Positions 13,882 through 26,891 of a stretch of 64,000 bases of DNA are shown here, piece after piece (position 1 is the stretch's first letter; each line of letters opens with the position of its first letter). The stretch is from the human T2T-CHM13v2.0 reference genome, Homo sapiens. The stretch is taken from assembly GCF_009914755.1 (NCBI RefSeq), contig NC_060928.1, one strand, 5' to 3'. The position numbers and the translations under genes were made by a program. The notes beneath the pieces are model-generated. The model worked only from the letters and a program-made list of their open reading frames with translations. It made no database searches and was not told the origin of the DNA.

Positions 13882-15734
13882 ATTTTTTTTCTTCTTAAAT
13901 TATGGTAATGCATTTCTTTTATCATTCTTACTGGGAAAAGATTGGGAAGGAAGTTACATGGATTCACATTTTCTTGTTTAATATAAGGAAGATCTTTGAG
14001 AGATAGTCAGTGAGGCCTAGGTTGTTTATAGTATATGTTCAACCTCCAACATTTAGTATTTGCGTGAGAGAAACCCACTCTTTGTCCTTCAAGAGCAACT
14101 TTAGCCTACAGTTGGCTATAGATAATGAACAACTATAACTTTAGTATATATAGGTAGGCAATATTTTGTATATGTAAGAGGAGACCAATATTATTTTGAG
14201 AACTTACTAATTGTAACCAATAACATTGAAATATATAGATAGAAATATACATATATGATTTGTTTTAGTTAAAACTCACTAAAATGCATATTCCAAACAA
14301 AATATATGGTCAGAGTAGCTTAATTCTGTTTTTTTTTCTCTTTCATTTCTAATAGACCTATTTCTATTTCTGAGACCTATATCCAAAAAAAAAACTTGCT
14401 AAATTAATCTGAGCAAAAGGAAACCAATAATTCCAGGGTAGTTGAGGGAAAAAGGTGGAATTAATAAAGATAACTAAGACAATATAAGTATAGAATAACT
14501 AGCCCAGCTAAAGAATGAAGAGGCCTCCCAGAGGCTTTGTGCTTCCCAGCTATTAAATAGGTTTATATGCGCCACTGTTAATTAAACCAAGACCCTCAAA
14601 TTAAAGATATCACATTCTCATTATCACAGTTAGCCATTGTTAGGCTCAAGGGAAAATTCTTTTCCTAACAACATTTATTTTGAAAACCACTCACATAATA
14701 CATATTTGATTGACTTGTTGGCTGATTAATTCAGGTGCAGATTTTTTTCTTCTTCAAAAGCTAGTTTGTTGTAAAGTACATTAACAAGAGAGGCTTGCTT
14801 ACTCTTGCCAGCTTGATTGAGTTGTACTACTGCTCTCTCTTCAGATAATTTAGTGATAACAAAAGCAGAGAGTGTGTTCAACCTAAATATTAGGAATTGA
14901 TTCTATTAAAATAGATCTGTAATGGCTTAATAGATTGCAGCTGTGTGTATTGGTGAATTAATGATGTTTTCTTCAGTAGGGCACTAGAAAAACTCGCTCA
15001 TATTTTTTCTCAACCTTGTATTAAGATCATCTAGATTTTGCCTAATGTCAGACTGCTGTAGCTCAAAAACTAAAAAGTAAATTTCTCTTACATTCATAAG
15101 TGATTCTTTGGTTGAATTTGCTTTAAATTGGGCATGAAATAAATGTATTACTGAAAAAGCAAGGAAACAAAATCTATTACGAACTTGAATCTTGAAATAG
15201 CAAATCTTCTATGGTATGGTATTTTCCCTGCTATTGTTTTGCTTTATTCATTGTTAAAACTTCGTTGAAAAGCAATTATGTTGTCCTTTCTTCTTTTATT
15301 ACTAATAAATTCAATATTAATGTATTTGGCTTATTCTTAAAAGACAGCAAGGATTTTAAGGATTTTAAAGCCTCTGTTGGTCTGGTGACTAGTATATATT
15401 GTCTTTTTTACTATCTTTTCACAGATTTCTCTTGCATGATCTCAAATATTCTTAATATCCTAAAATGCACAATTTAAAATTAAAATTTTATTTCTTGATG
15501 ATTATAAGATGGTCCACTATTAACAACAATTATTTAAAAATGCAAGGAATCAAATTTCCAGTGCTTTCAACCATATGGTTTTTTCCCTTTTGTCTTAGTG
15601 CTGTGATTAACTTGTTAAATAAACTGAGGGTTAGTGCGTTTAGTTATCAATTAAGTAGTTTATATACATTTAATATATTTCCATTTTTATTTGTTGTTGA
15701 TGAAATATCAGATTAGAGATCAGTGTGTTAATGT

Positions 15735-16320
15735 ATACACACACACGATATATGATATGTATATTTATATATGATATGTGATATATAATATATGATATAT
15801 ATTTATAGATATAATATATGATATATAACATATGATATATTATTTGTAGGTAGTATGTTATATTATTAACATACTGTTAATGTTAATGTTAACATTAATA
15901 ATTATTATTAGTAAAATATAATATATAATAATATGATATTGACAATACAAAATTGTTAATAATATAACATACTATCTATCTATAAATAATGTTTTCTATA
16001 AATAATATTTTCTATAAATAATAGTCTATAAATAATATGACTATCGACATGGCAAATATGCCATTGACTTAAAATACCTTAATTCATTTTAAAGACATAT
16101 ATAATATATACAATACATATATTTTATATATATTTATATATTATGTAAATATCTGTCTTTATTATATAAACATTTAAAATTATATAAATATTCATTGTAT
16201 AAATGTATAAAATACTTATATATATTTTATAAAATATAAAAATATATTTACAGAGATTTATATATATATATCTTTAAAATGAGTTAAGGTATTTTAAAAG
16301 TCAATAGCATATTTGTCATT
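15735..16320. repeat. AT-rich low-complexity region containing tandem and inverted repeats
   Basis: atatgat/atata repeats, 4x ctataaataa, inverted arms 16049-16103 and 16264-16319. Confidence 0.9.
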
Positions 16321-17139
16321 CTGTCAAATGTTCTGAATTTTTAAATCAAACTCATTATAATCATAGAGGTATAGGAGCTTCTGCTCTAACATGATATAAA
16401 CATTTTTGGGAAAGTCTTTCTGTGGAAGGCTAAGGGAGTCCTCAAATCTCTGAGTCCTTCTAATCAGATCACTAATAAAATTGTAAACAATCAAAATAAT
16501 AATTAATCAAATAATTATTAATTATAAGTAACAAAATTTCTACTAAATGAAAAATATACCAATACATACAGAATTTACATTAAAACATAGAATGAAAAAT
16601 GTACTAGTAAATACAGAATTTACATTAAAACATAGAATGTGAAGATGGTTTGGATCAACAGGGATGTGGAGTAGAATTGGATCTGCTTAGTTAGAAGGGC
16701 AGGTGAAAGAGAAGGTGAAAGGGCAGGTGAAAGCGAAGGTTCAGGCTCCACATGAAATGCTGTGATGGTAGAGATGAAAGGCTCTAGGTTATTCTCCTGT
16801 GGTTGCTTCTCTTGCACACAGCTATAAAATAACCACTTCCAAATCTGAATATAAAGTTAAAATGACCAAAGGAGATCTGTGGATATATAAATATGCCACG
16901 GAAGACTGTTTTGACTGGGCTCACTTCTCTCAGCTATGTGAAGGAAGCTTACTTTTGGCTGCTGATTCTTAAAATCTGTATTTTTTTTTTATTTTATCAT
17001 ATCTACAAAGTTCCTTCTGTCATATAAGGCAACATATTAACAGGGTCCAGAAGACAGAATGTTGATGTCTTGGGGGCCCTTTTGAAGGCTACAACAGGAT
17101 GGGTTAAAAATAAGTGATGTAAGTTTTTGTCAGAAAAAA

Positions 17140-18310
17140 AGTGAAAAAAAATAGAATAGCAAATTAAAACCAAAGAGAGCAGCAGTAAGTCATAATGAAT
17201 GTAAGATCAGATATGGATGAAATAAAAGCAGTGATACAGAAGAATATATCGAAGACAAAAGGTGTTTCTTTGAAAAGATTGTAAGTTTGGAAACCTCTGA
17301 AAGATTAATAAAGAAGAGAGCAAAAACTCTGAATGTGAAGGATGAAAACAAGGATATCAAAGCAGAGCTTTTGAATATCTAAAAAAGATTGTAATGAGTA
17401 TATTATAAACAAACTTTAAAACAATACATTTGATCATGTTTATAAATCATTTTAGTTTTATCAGTTTGTCTTAATATATTTTGAAGCTTTGTAAGCTGGT
17501 GCATATGCATTTAGTTATAGACGAATTTACTATTTTAACTGGAGAATTCAACACACTGTCTCTCTAAATAATTGTTAGAATAACATTCTACCTGATTTCA
17601 AGACTTACATGCAGACTAATCAAGATTGTTTGTATTGGCAGAGGATAAATAGCTACATTAATGGAGAATAATAATAATAATAAAACAGACACAAACCCAC
17701 ACAAATAACACAAATATGCCTAATTTTTGACAAAGTTACCAAAGCTACTGTGGAAGAGATAGTCCTTTTCAAAGCAATTGTTGAAAAGATAGCTTCTTCA
17801 ACAACAGTGCTTAGACTTCCCAACCCCCCCAAAAAATTATCTGTCTCTTAGGTATACAAAAATTAATTTAAAATGGATAATCGGTTTAAATGTATGATGT
17901 AAAACTACAAAACTTTTCGGGAAAAAAGAGGATAAAATATTGCAGGACTTACGGCTAGGTGAAGAATTCCTAGACTTGAACACACAAAAATATAATGATC
18001 TATAAAACTAAAAAAAAAATTAGATTTTAATACAATAAAAAATGTTTCCTCTGAAAAACACTACAATATAGACAAAATATTGTCTATTTTGTAGTGACTG
18101 AGAAAAAAATATTTGCAAGACCCATATCTGACAAAGAACTAGTATAAAGTATTCTCAAAACTTGATTAAAGAAAGCAAAATTCAATGAGAACTTAGGCAA
18201 AGGATATGAAGACAAATTTCTTCAATGAAGGTCTACAGATTGCAAATAAAAACATAAAATGATGTTTAACATCATTAGTCATTATATAAAGTAAATTAAA
18301 AATAAAGAAT
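17140..18310 (+). mobile_element. Rearranged old L1M (MC/MD-like) ORF2 fragments
   Basis: tttctttgaaaagatt, ctacctgatttcaagactta, aaaatatttgcaagacccatatctgacaaagaactagtat; includes a short inverted piece at about 17450-17517. Confidence 0.75.
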
Positions 18311-19456
18311 AGAATGATCTTTCTAAATTAGAAAATGTTTTGAAAACAAAATTTTTTATTAAAGTATATTCAATAAATTTCAGTCTAAAGGAATAGAAAT
18401 TTTAGACAATTCATAAGCAGCAATAATTATTTAAGGAGTCATTTCAAGTGAAGGAATGAGTAAGTCTAATGGCTTTTCGTTGAAATATTGATACTATTAA
18501 ATAGTACATTTTGAAGTAAGTGACTCCTGAGTGCTTTATGGACTCAATTTTTAAAAGAGCTCAAAAGAAAGAATAAATTTCTCAATGTTGCAATAATCCT
18601 TAGTGGACAGTGGATTTTAGTAGATATGTATAAAACACACAGACACATATGAATATGTGTATGCATAAGGCAGAATGTAAATTTTGGATGTTTTTGTATA
18701 TATGTTTATTTGTCATTTTACCTTTTTTTCTTTAAAAAATAATTTCAACATTTAGATTCAGGAGGTACATGTGCAGATTTGTTACATGGGTATATTGTGT
18801 GATGCTGAGATTTGGGGTACAACTGATTCTATCACCCAGGTAGTGAGCATTTTGCCCAAAAGTTTACTTTTTAACACTTTCAACTCTCTCTCCCCTGTAT
18901 AGTAGTTCCCAGTTTCTCATGTTGTCCTATTGCTGTCCATAATACCCAATGTTTGTGAAGGATCAGATGGCCATAGATGTGTGGCTTTATTTCAAGGTTA
19001 TTATGTTTCATTAGTCTACATGTCTGTTTTTGTACCAGTACTATATTGTTTTGGTTGCTGTAGCCTTATAGTATAATTTGAAGTCTTTGTTCTTTTTGCT
19101 TAGGATTACTTTGGCTATTCAGGCTCTTTTTTGGTTTTATAACGATTCTATAACACTTTTTTTCATTCTATGAAAAATGACATAGAAATAGCATTGAATC
19201 TGTAGATTCCTTTGGCATTATGGCCATTTTCACAATATTGATTCTTTCAGTACATGGGCATGGAATGTTTGTCTTTTTGTTTGTGCCATCTGTGATTTCT
19301 TTCATCAGTGTTTTGAAATTCTCCTTGTAGAAACCTTTCACCTTCTTGGTAATGGATGTATTCCTAGGTATTTTATTATTTTTGTAGCTATTGTTACTGG
19401 AATTGCATTCTTGATTTGGCCCTCAGCTTGAATATTATTGATGTATAGAAATACTA

Positions 19457-19627
<171 letters not shown>

Positions 19628-21739
19628 ACTATTGATTTTTGCACATTTATTTTGTATCCTGAAATTTTACTTAAGTTGTTACTCAGCTCTAGAAACTTTT
19701 TCACTTAGTCTTTAGGGTTTTCTAGATATGAAATCATATTATCAGTGAAGAAAGATGGTTTGGCTTGTTTTCCTATTTGGATGCCTTGTATTTCTTTATC
19801 TTGCCTGATTGCTCTGGCTAGGATTTCCAGTAATATGTTTAATAGGAATGGTGAAAGTATGCATCCTCGTCTTGTTCCAGTTGTCAAGGAGAATATTTCC
19901 AGCTTTTGCCCATTCAATACAATGTTAGCTTTGGGTTTGTCATAGATGGCTCTTATTATTTGATGCATGTTCCTTTGATGCCTAGTCTGTCAAGGGTTTT
20001 TATCATAAAGCCATGTTGGACTTCATAGAAAGCCTTTTCTGTCTCTATTGAGGAGATCATATGGTTTTTGCCTTTTTTTCTGTTTATGTGGTGAATCACA
20101 TTTATTGATTTATGTATGTTAAACCAGCCTTGCACCCCAAGGATAATGCCTAGTTGATTTTTTTCATCCTTTCAAAGGACCAACTTTGGATTTTGTTGAT
20201 TGTATGGATTTTGGGGTCTCAATATCATTCAGTTCTGCCCTGATTTTAGTAACCTCTTCTGCTGGCTTTGCGGTCGGTTTGTTCTTGTTTTTCTAGTTCC
20301 TCTGGTGTAATGTTACATAGTGAACTTGAGATCTTTCTAACCTTTTGAGGTAGGCAACTAGTGCTATAAACTAATACTGCCTTTGTTGCATCACAGATAC
20401 TTTGTTAAGTTATATCTCTGTTTTTATTTATTTCAAGTAATGTTTTTGTTTCTACTTTGGTTTTGTTGTTTATCTAAAAGACATTCAAGAGCAACTTGTT
20501 TAATTTCCATGTAATTGTGTGGTTTTGCGAGATCTTCTTTTTATTGATTTCTACTTTTATTCCATTGTGTCTGAGTGTATGTTAGATATAATTTCAATTT
20601 ATTTGAATTATTGAGATTTGCTTTATAGCTGAGCATTTGGTTGATCTTGTAGTATGTTCATTGTACAGGTGAGGAGAAATGTATATTCTGTGGTTGATTG
20701 GTGCAGCATTCTTTAGATGTCTATTAGGTCTAATTGGTGAATTGTCTAACTGAAGCCCAGAATATTTTTGTGAGTTTTCTACCTCAATAATCTGTCTAAC
20801 ACTCTTAGTGGGTGTTGAAGTCCCCAACTATTATTGTGTTGCTCTCTGGGTCTTTTATAAGTCTAGATGTAGTTGTTTTATGAATTGAGGTGCTCCAGTT
20901 TTGGGTGTGTATGTATTTAGCACAGTTAAGTCTTCTGGTTGAATTGAACCCTTTATCATTAAATGTTACCTTTCTTTATCCTTTTTTACTCTTTTTGGTT
21001 TAAAGTCTGTTTTAACTGATATAATAATAGTGATCCTTGAGTTTTTGTTGTTGTTGTTTTGTTTTCCGTTTGCATGACAGATCTTTCCGCAACCCTTTAT
21101 TTTTAGCCTGTAAGTATTGTTACACGTGTGATGGGTTTTGTGAAGATAGCAGAGGTTAGGTCTTGCTTTTTTATCCAACTTGGCACTGTGCGTCTTTTAA
21201 GTGGGACATTTAGGTCATTGACATTTAGGGTTAATATTGATGTGTGAGGTTTTGATCCTATCATGAAGTTTTTAGCTGGTTGCTATGTAGTTCTGTTGTG
21301 TGATTGTTTTGTAGTTTCTTTTGTGTAGTGGCTTTATAGTCTGTGGGCTATGTAATTAAGTGGGTTTTTGTGGTAGCAAGTATTATTCTTTCATTTTCCT
21401 GTTTAGAAATCCTTTAAGAATCTCTTGTAAGGTTGGTTCAGTGGTAAAAATTTCCCTTCGTGCTTGCTTGTCTGGAAAATATTTTATTACTCCTTTGCTT
21501 ATGAAACTTTGTTGGGATATAAAATTCTTTATTGGAATTTATTTTCTTTAAAAATGCTGAAAATAGGCTCCCAGTCTCTCTTGGTTTGTAAGGTTTATGC
21601 TGAGAAATCCACTGTTAACCTGATGGGTTTCCCTTTGTACATGATTTTTTTCTAGCCACCTGTAAGATTTTTTCTTTAGCCTTGACCTTGGACAGTCTGG
21701 AGACTATATGCCATGGTGCTGTTCATTTGCATAGCATCT

Positions 21740-21826
21740 CACAGGTCATTCTCTTGATTTCTTGCCTCTGGATGTGTACCCCTCCCACAGGTCATTCTCT
21801 TGATTTCTTGCCTCTGGATGTGTACC
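21740..21826. repeat. 46-bp-period tandem duplication inside L1
   Basis: 41 identical bp cacaggtcattctcttgatttcttgcctctggatgtgtacc at 21740-21780 and 21786-21826. Confidence 0.95.
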
Positions 21827-22305
21827 TCTCTGGCAAGATTAGAGTACTTTCCTTAAATTATTTCCTCAAATAAATTTTCCAGAATAAAATGTTTTCCAAA
21901 TAGGATTTCCAAATAAAATGTTTTCATTTTCTTCTTCTATCTCAGTAATGTTAATAATTCATAGGTCTGATCAGTTTACATAATACCATATTCCTAGTAG
22001 ACTTTGTTCTTTCTTTAAAATTAGTTTTTCTTTATTTTTTTAGAGACTGAGTTAGTTCAAAAGACTGGTTATCAAGCTCTGAAATTTTTTCTTCTGCTTC
22101 ATCTAGCTTACTGATAAAGCATTAAATTACATATTGAAATTTCTTAACTGAGTATTTCAATTCCAGAATGTCTGATTGATTTCTTTCTCAGATGTTTATC
22201 TCCTCATTTATTTCCTGGATTATTCAGAAGTTGTTCTATATTGATGTTCAGCTTTGTCTTGGATCTCATTGAGCTTCCTTGCAGTCCATGCCTTGAATTC
22301 CATTA

Positions 22306-22577
22306 TTGTTTGTTTGTTTCTCTTTTGAGACGTGGTCTCACTCTGGTTGCTGGAATGCTGTGGTGCAGTCTCCGCTCACTGTAGCCTTGACCTCATGGGT
22401 TCAGGTGATTCTCCCACCTCAGCCTCCTGAGTAGCTGGGACCACAGGTGCACACCCTTACACCCAGCTAATTTTTTGTATTTTTAGTAGAGATAAGGTTT
22501 TGCCATGTTGCCCAGGTTGGTCTGGAAGTCCTGGACTCAACCTATCTGCCTACCTCAATCTTCCAAATTGCTGTAAT
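22306..22577 (-). mobile_element. AluJ (missing about 25 bp of 5' end) inside L1 ORF1
   Basis: gctcactgtagccttgacctc, gtagctgggaccacaggtgc, ttgcccaggttggtct. Confidence 0.88.
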
Positions 22578-23859
22578 TTGAATGTTTTATCTGTCATTTC
22601 TGAGTACCCATTTTGGTTAGGAATTATTGCTGGAGTGCTAGTGTAATCCTTTGGAAAAATCTATTCAGATTGTTCATGATGCCAGAATTCTTGCACTGAT
22701 TCCTTCTTATCTGGATATGCTGGCATGTCTAATTTTTTGTAATTGTTTTTGTGCTAGTAGAATTTTTTGTTTCTCTTTCTTTTCCAATGCTATTTTTTTT
22801 CTACTTTCCCATTCACTGTCTACCCTCCCCTATAAGATGTGACTGTAGAGAATGTTAAGTAGGGTCTCTTGGCTTTGCTTCTATAGTCCTATGTGCTTCT
22901 GTCAGCAGGTGTCATATTGGGCTGTGCAGTTTGGTGTACAAGCCAGTAGATGATACTTATGGATAAGAACCAGCTATGGTTAGCAAGGCTGGGTATATAC
23001 TTAACCCTTGTTCACTGGGATAAACTTTTTGTAGCTCAGACAATGTGCTAATCTCTGGAGTGCACAGAGGTCTGAGCTCACTGTTTAGCCCTGGTAGGGG
23101 AGGGGCAAAATGGCCAAAGCCAGACTAGGCAGACCCACCTACAGGTCCCCCAATTGCAGGCACAAGAACTACCACTGAGTAAAAATCCAGTGGGCAGCCC
23201 CCGAGTGCCCAGAGGTGTGCCTAGGCATGGAGCTGGTAAAACTCCTTGGCCTCAAGTTCTCTGCACGAGGAGGAGCATGGCCTGAACTCCTAATTCAGGA
23301 GAGTGGGTTCTTCAAATACCTGGACATGGCATATAGAGAAGTCAGCTGTATCACAATCTCTGCACAGAATTAGTAGGGGCAGATTAAGGTGTTGGACTGG
23401 CAAGCAGGTGCTCTAAATGCCTGGAGACATACTTGCTGTGGAACAGAGGGGTCCCATTGCATCATGATCTCTATGCAGGAACAGAGGGGTTATCAATCTG
23501 GGTGAGCAGGTCCTCCAAATACCTGGAGATCTGCCTGTGTATGGGGCAGAAAGGGACTGGCTGCACTCTGGTTATGTAAAAGGAAGGGTGAGTGACTCAG
23601 GCTGCTGGACCAGGTGAGCAGGTGCTTGTTTTTGCTACATAAATTTGAATGTTTATTCTCCTGCTTAACTTCCAGAAAAAAAAATGAGATGTTAATATTG
23701 ATTTCCTCATTCCAGTGAGGAAAGGAGAACTAGGTCATTTGTGTTTGCGTGCCTTAGTTATTTTCGGATGTGTGTTTGAATTTGATTGCTTCTGATAGTA
23801 AAAGTCAAGGAATTAGACCTTTAGAGAATAAGAAGGCATACAGTAAGAGGCAGAAAAAG

Positions 23860-24400
23860 CTGAGAGGTACTAATGTCTACTATGTAAAGATCACTAGCAA
23901 CACACCTGTAGTTCAAACAGTTGCAGCAAGGGTGTTCACATATCACAAGGAACCATGAGCCATTTCAGTAAGACAGTATTAGGAGAGATATATAATAGGA
24001 TTTGTGTTTGTGCTGGGTGATTCGGGAAAGATTCCAAGAAGCTGGGGTTTCCTTTGGATAGGATGATGTTAGAAAATTGAGGTAACTCTATTATTGAGTA
24101 TCATGATAATTATTATGTAGGAGACATGCAAAACAAAACAGGGCTAATATAATTGATAAAGAAGCATCATTCACTCAGGATGGCCAAGAGAGGTGGATAT
24201 TAGGTCATTTTTAAAACTTGCATAGGTTTCTTGGTTTTGTATGAGCTCAGACATGATTACAAAATGATCTTGTGTTTGTTCTGCTTCAACACATTTAAAG
24301 AGTGACATTGACTGATGGTGATTCCTGGAGTTATAGATGTTAAGAAGGGAACATCACAGACTTTTTGTTAGTACCAGGCTGGGTACCAGCTGACAGCTGT
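23860..24400 (-). mobile_element. Old ERVL-class LTR (family uncertain)
   Basis: ataggatttgtgtttgtgctgggtgattcggg and ctcagacatgattacaaaatgatcttgtg resemble recalled old ERVL LTR consensus. Confidence 0.5.
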
Positions 24401-25823
24401 CAAGGGTGCCTTTTTTTTCACCTGCCTGAAGCGCTAGAAGTAATGATGGGCTTCTTGTCACAACTAGAGAAATATTCTCATGCCGAAGAGGGGGAAAAAA
24501 AAGCCTGTAGATTTTTAATGCACATTGAATGAGATGGCAGCTATTAATACATGAACCAAGAGAAGGGTGGGGATAATAAATACCGACCCACGTAACTTCC
24601 CCAGAGATCCTCAAGTTAAAACTGGAGATAGTAGAATTGGATATTGTGTAGGGGGCTGAAGGACAGTAACAAAAGTCATCACAGCAGTGAAGTGTATAAA
24701 CAAATGGGAAATCACCAATGACTTTGAGCTGCCTCCTTCACTTCATTAACATAAGTATAATTTTAAGCCCCAGGAACCTTGGCAGAAACCTTGACAACCA
24801 ACCGTTGGATGGCTGAGGTGGATTCCTTATGAATTATTTTGTTAGAATCTCTTATATCTCTAGGAGTTGAAGAGATTTGGAAACATAGATTAACTGGTTT
24901 CCCAAACAGAAATTATATAACAAAATATTAAAATGTAATTTTGTTTTCCTAAGTTTCAAATTGTGGGTTGAAAGTCCAACCAGATGATTTCACAAGGTGT
25001 ATATTGGATTATTGACTAAAAATAATTGTAAATAACTTTGGATATATTATTCTATATACAAGTTGTATATCCATTTATAGTTTAAATAATTGATCTGCAT
25101 TATGTCATGAAGTAGTTTTGAAAAAGTCACTACAAGTTCATGTGTCTTCATTATGACATATCTAAAATAAGATGCATGGACTAATATACCTTCCAAGTGT
25201 GTATGCTTTTGTATAAATATATAGAAATTGGCATGCATATTTTATTTCAAATCTTCGTGCATATTTGGAAGAGACACAAGAGACCAAAAATCAGTTCCTC
25301 AAAATGTTAAGTTATATTTTGAGTATGTCTAGAGGAAGCAAAATAATTTTTCCACCCATGAACAGTGTTAAAATATTGTTGGCCAACATTCCATAAATAA
25401 CCCAATGTCTTTTTTTCCCAGTTACAGCTTTATACTTCTTTCCACATTAGATTTATCCTCATTATTTAGATTCAAGACTATTGCAAGATGGGTCAGCAAA
25501 ATGATTGGGAAATTGCGTCACAAGCCTTAGCAGTGAACCTGAGTTATATGCTCACTGATAGTGAGCCATGTCTTTCATACACTGCATCTGTATGAATTTA
25601 CAGTGCCATTGCACTGACACATTCTATTTTATCTTCTAAATCTACTTGTGCTATCAAAACAAAATGCAACTAAATGTGTGGCTGAGTTTAGCTACTTGTA
25701 ATGATAAAGGTGTTATAAAGAAATTGGAGGGTAGAAAGTGTAGGAGGAAAAAGCTGAGAGATATTAGTGGCCATTGTCTAAAGACCACTAGGAACAACAC
25801 TGTAGTTTTTAAAGTTGCAATAA

Positions 25824-26047
25824 GACTGGGCGCGGTGGCTCATGCTTATAATCCTAGCACTTTGGGAGGCCTAGTCAGCTGGATAGCTTGAGCTCAGGAG
25901 TTCAAGACCAACCTGGACAACATGGTGAAATCCCGTCGCTACAAAAAATACAAATAAAATTAGCCGGGTGTGGTAATGCGCATCTGAGTCCCAGCACACC
26001 AAACCTGGGTGACAAAGTGAGACCCTGTCTCAAAAATAAATAAATAA
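25824..26047 (+). mobile_element. AluJ with internal right-arm deletion
   Basis: Left arm intact, right arm jumps from gtcccagc to ccaaacctgggtgac; TSD aaagttgcaa at 25811-25820 and 26048-26057. Confidence 0.9.
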
Positions 26048-26491
26048 AAAGTTGCAACAGGGGTGATCACACACCATGGGGGACATGAGCCATACCAATA
26101 GAGGACAATATTGCAGCCTTTCATTATTGCAAACTGCCAGCATCTGTGGAAATTCATTTTTTAGATTTGTCATTCCAGTGTTGGCTTACATTCTTTTGTG
26201 GCTGACCGCATTTGATTGATTTTTTTTTATTTGTACACAAATGAATTTTGGATACAATGTAAACACTCAAAGAAATGCTATTTTTAGATCAAAGAAAGGA
26301 ATGAGAACAGTGGGATTATCTACTCATGTTATCTGTAGAGATTTCTTTTAATTCTGTAATATCAGCAGGAATATCCATGACATCATCCACATGCCTCTAC
26401 CCACCTCACAAAATATAATCCCCTCTGCCATTATTTCCTTCAGACCATCTGACAAAGTAATTTCTCTGTGTTTCTATATTATATGTGGCAT

Positions 26492-26891
26492 GTATGGTAG
26501 ACATTAGTACAATTTAACAATATTTCCCGATCTCCTTCTTCCAGACACATAGAATTTTGGCATGCCTTACCTTCTTGATGTTATCTCCGAAGTTGTCTTA
26601 TTAATGACACGTGTGCCCTTATAGGTAGATACATTTAATGTCTGGTGCTCTACTCTCTAGCCATTCATTCTCTGCTTTGATGATTGTGGAAAATATACTG
26701 TGATAAGAAGATGCCATCACACTCAGTGTTCCAACATGCTTGGGAGACTGAGTCTACATATGGATAGAAATTGCCCAAGTATTGACTGAATAAACAGTAG
26801 ACTTAGAGTTAGGTATACATTTATTGCGTTGAGCCACGGAAACTTGGAGATTGCTTCTTATCACAGCATAAATCAGCCTGCTGTGAATGTA
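26492..26891 (+). mobile_element. MLT1H/I-type MaLR LTR
   Basis: tggtagacatt...ccttcttccagacacatag start and ttgagccacggaaacttggagattgcttcttatcacagcataa end. Confidence 0.6.

Noticed and set aside
16566-16639. 29-bp repeat-spacer-repeat as CRISPR-like array
   Set aside because: Only two copies, 16-bp spacer, eukaryotic context, no cas genes.
16696-16740. 12-bp-period purine repeat (ggcaggtgaaag / agaaggtgaaag)
   Set aside because: Short ordinary minisatellite; the SPALSPSL peptide is an artefact.
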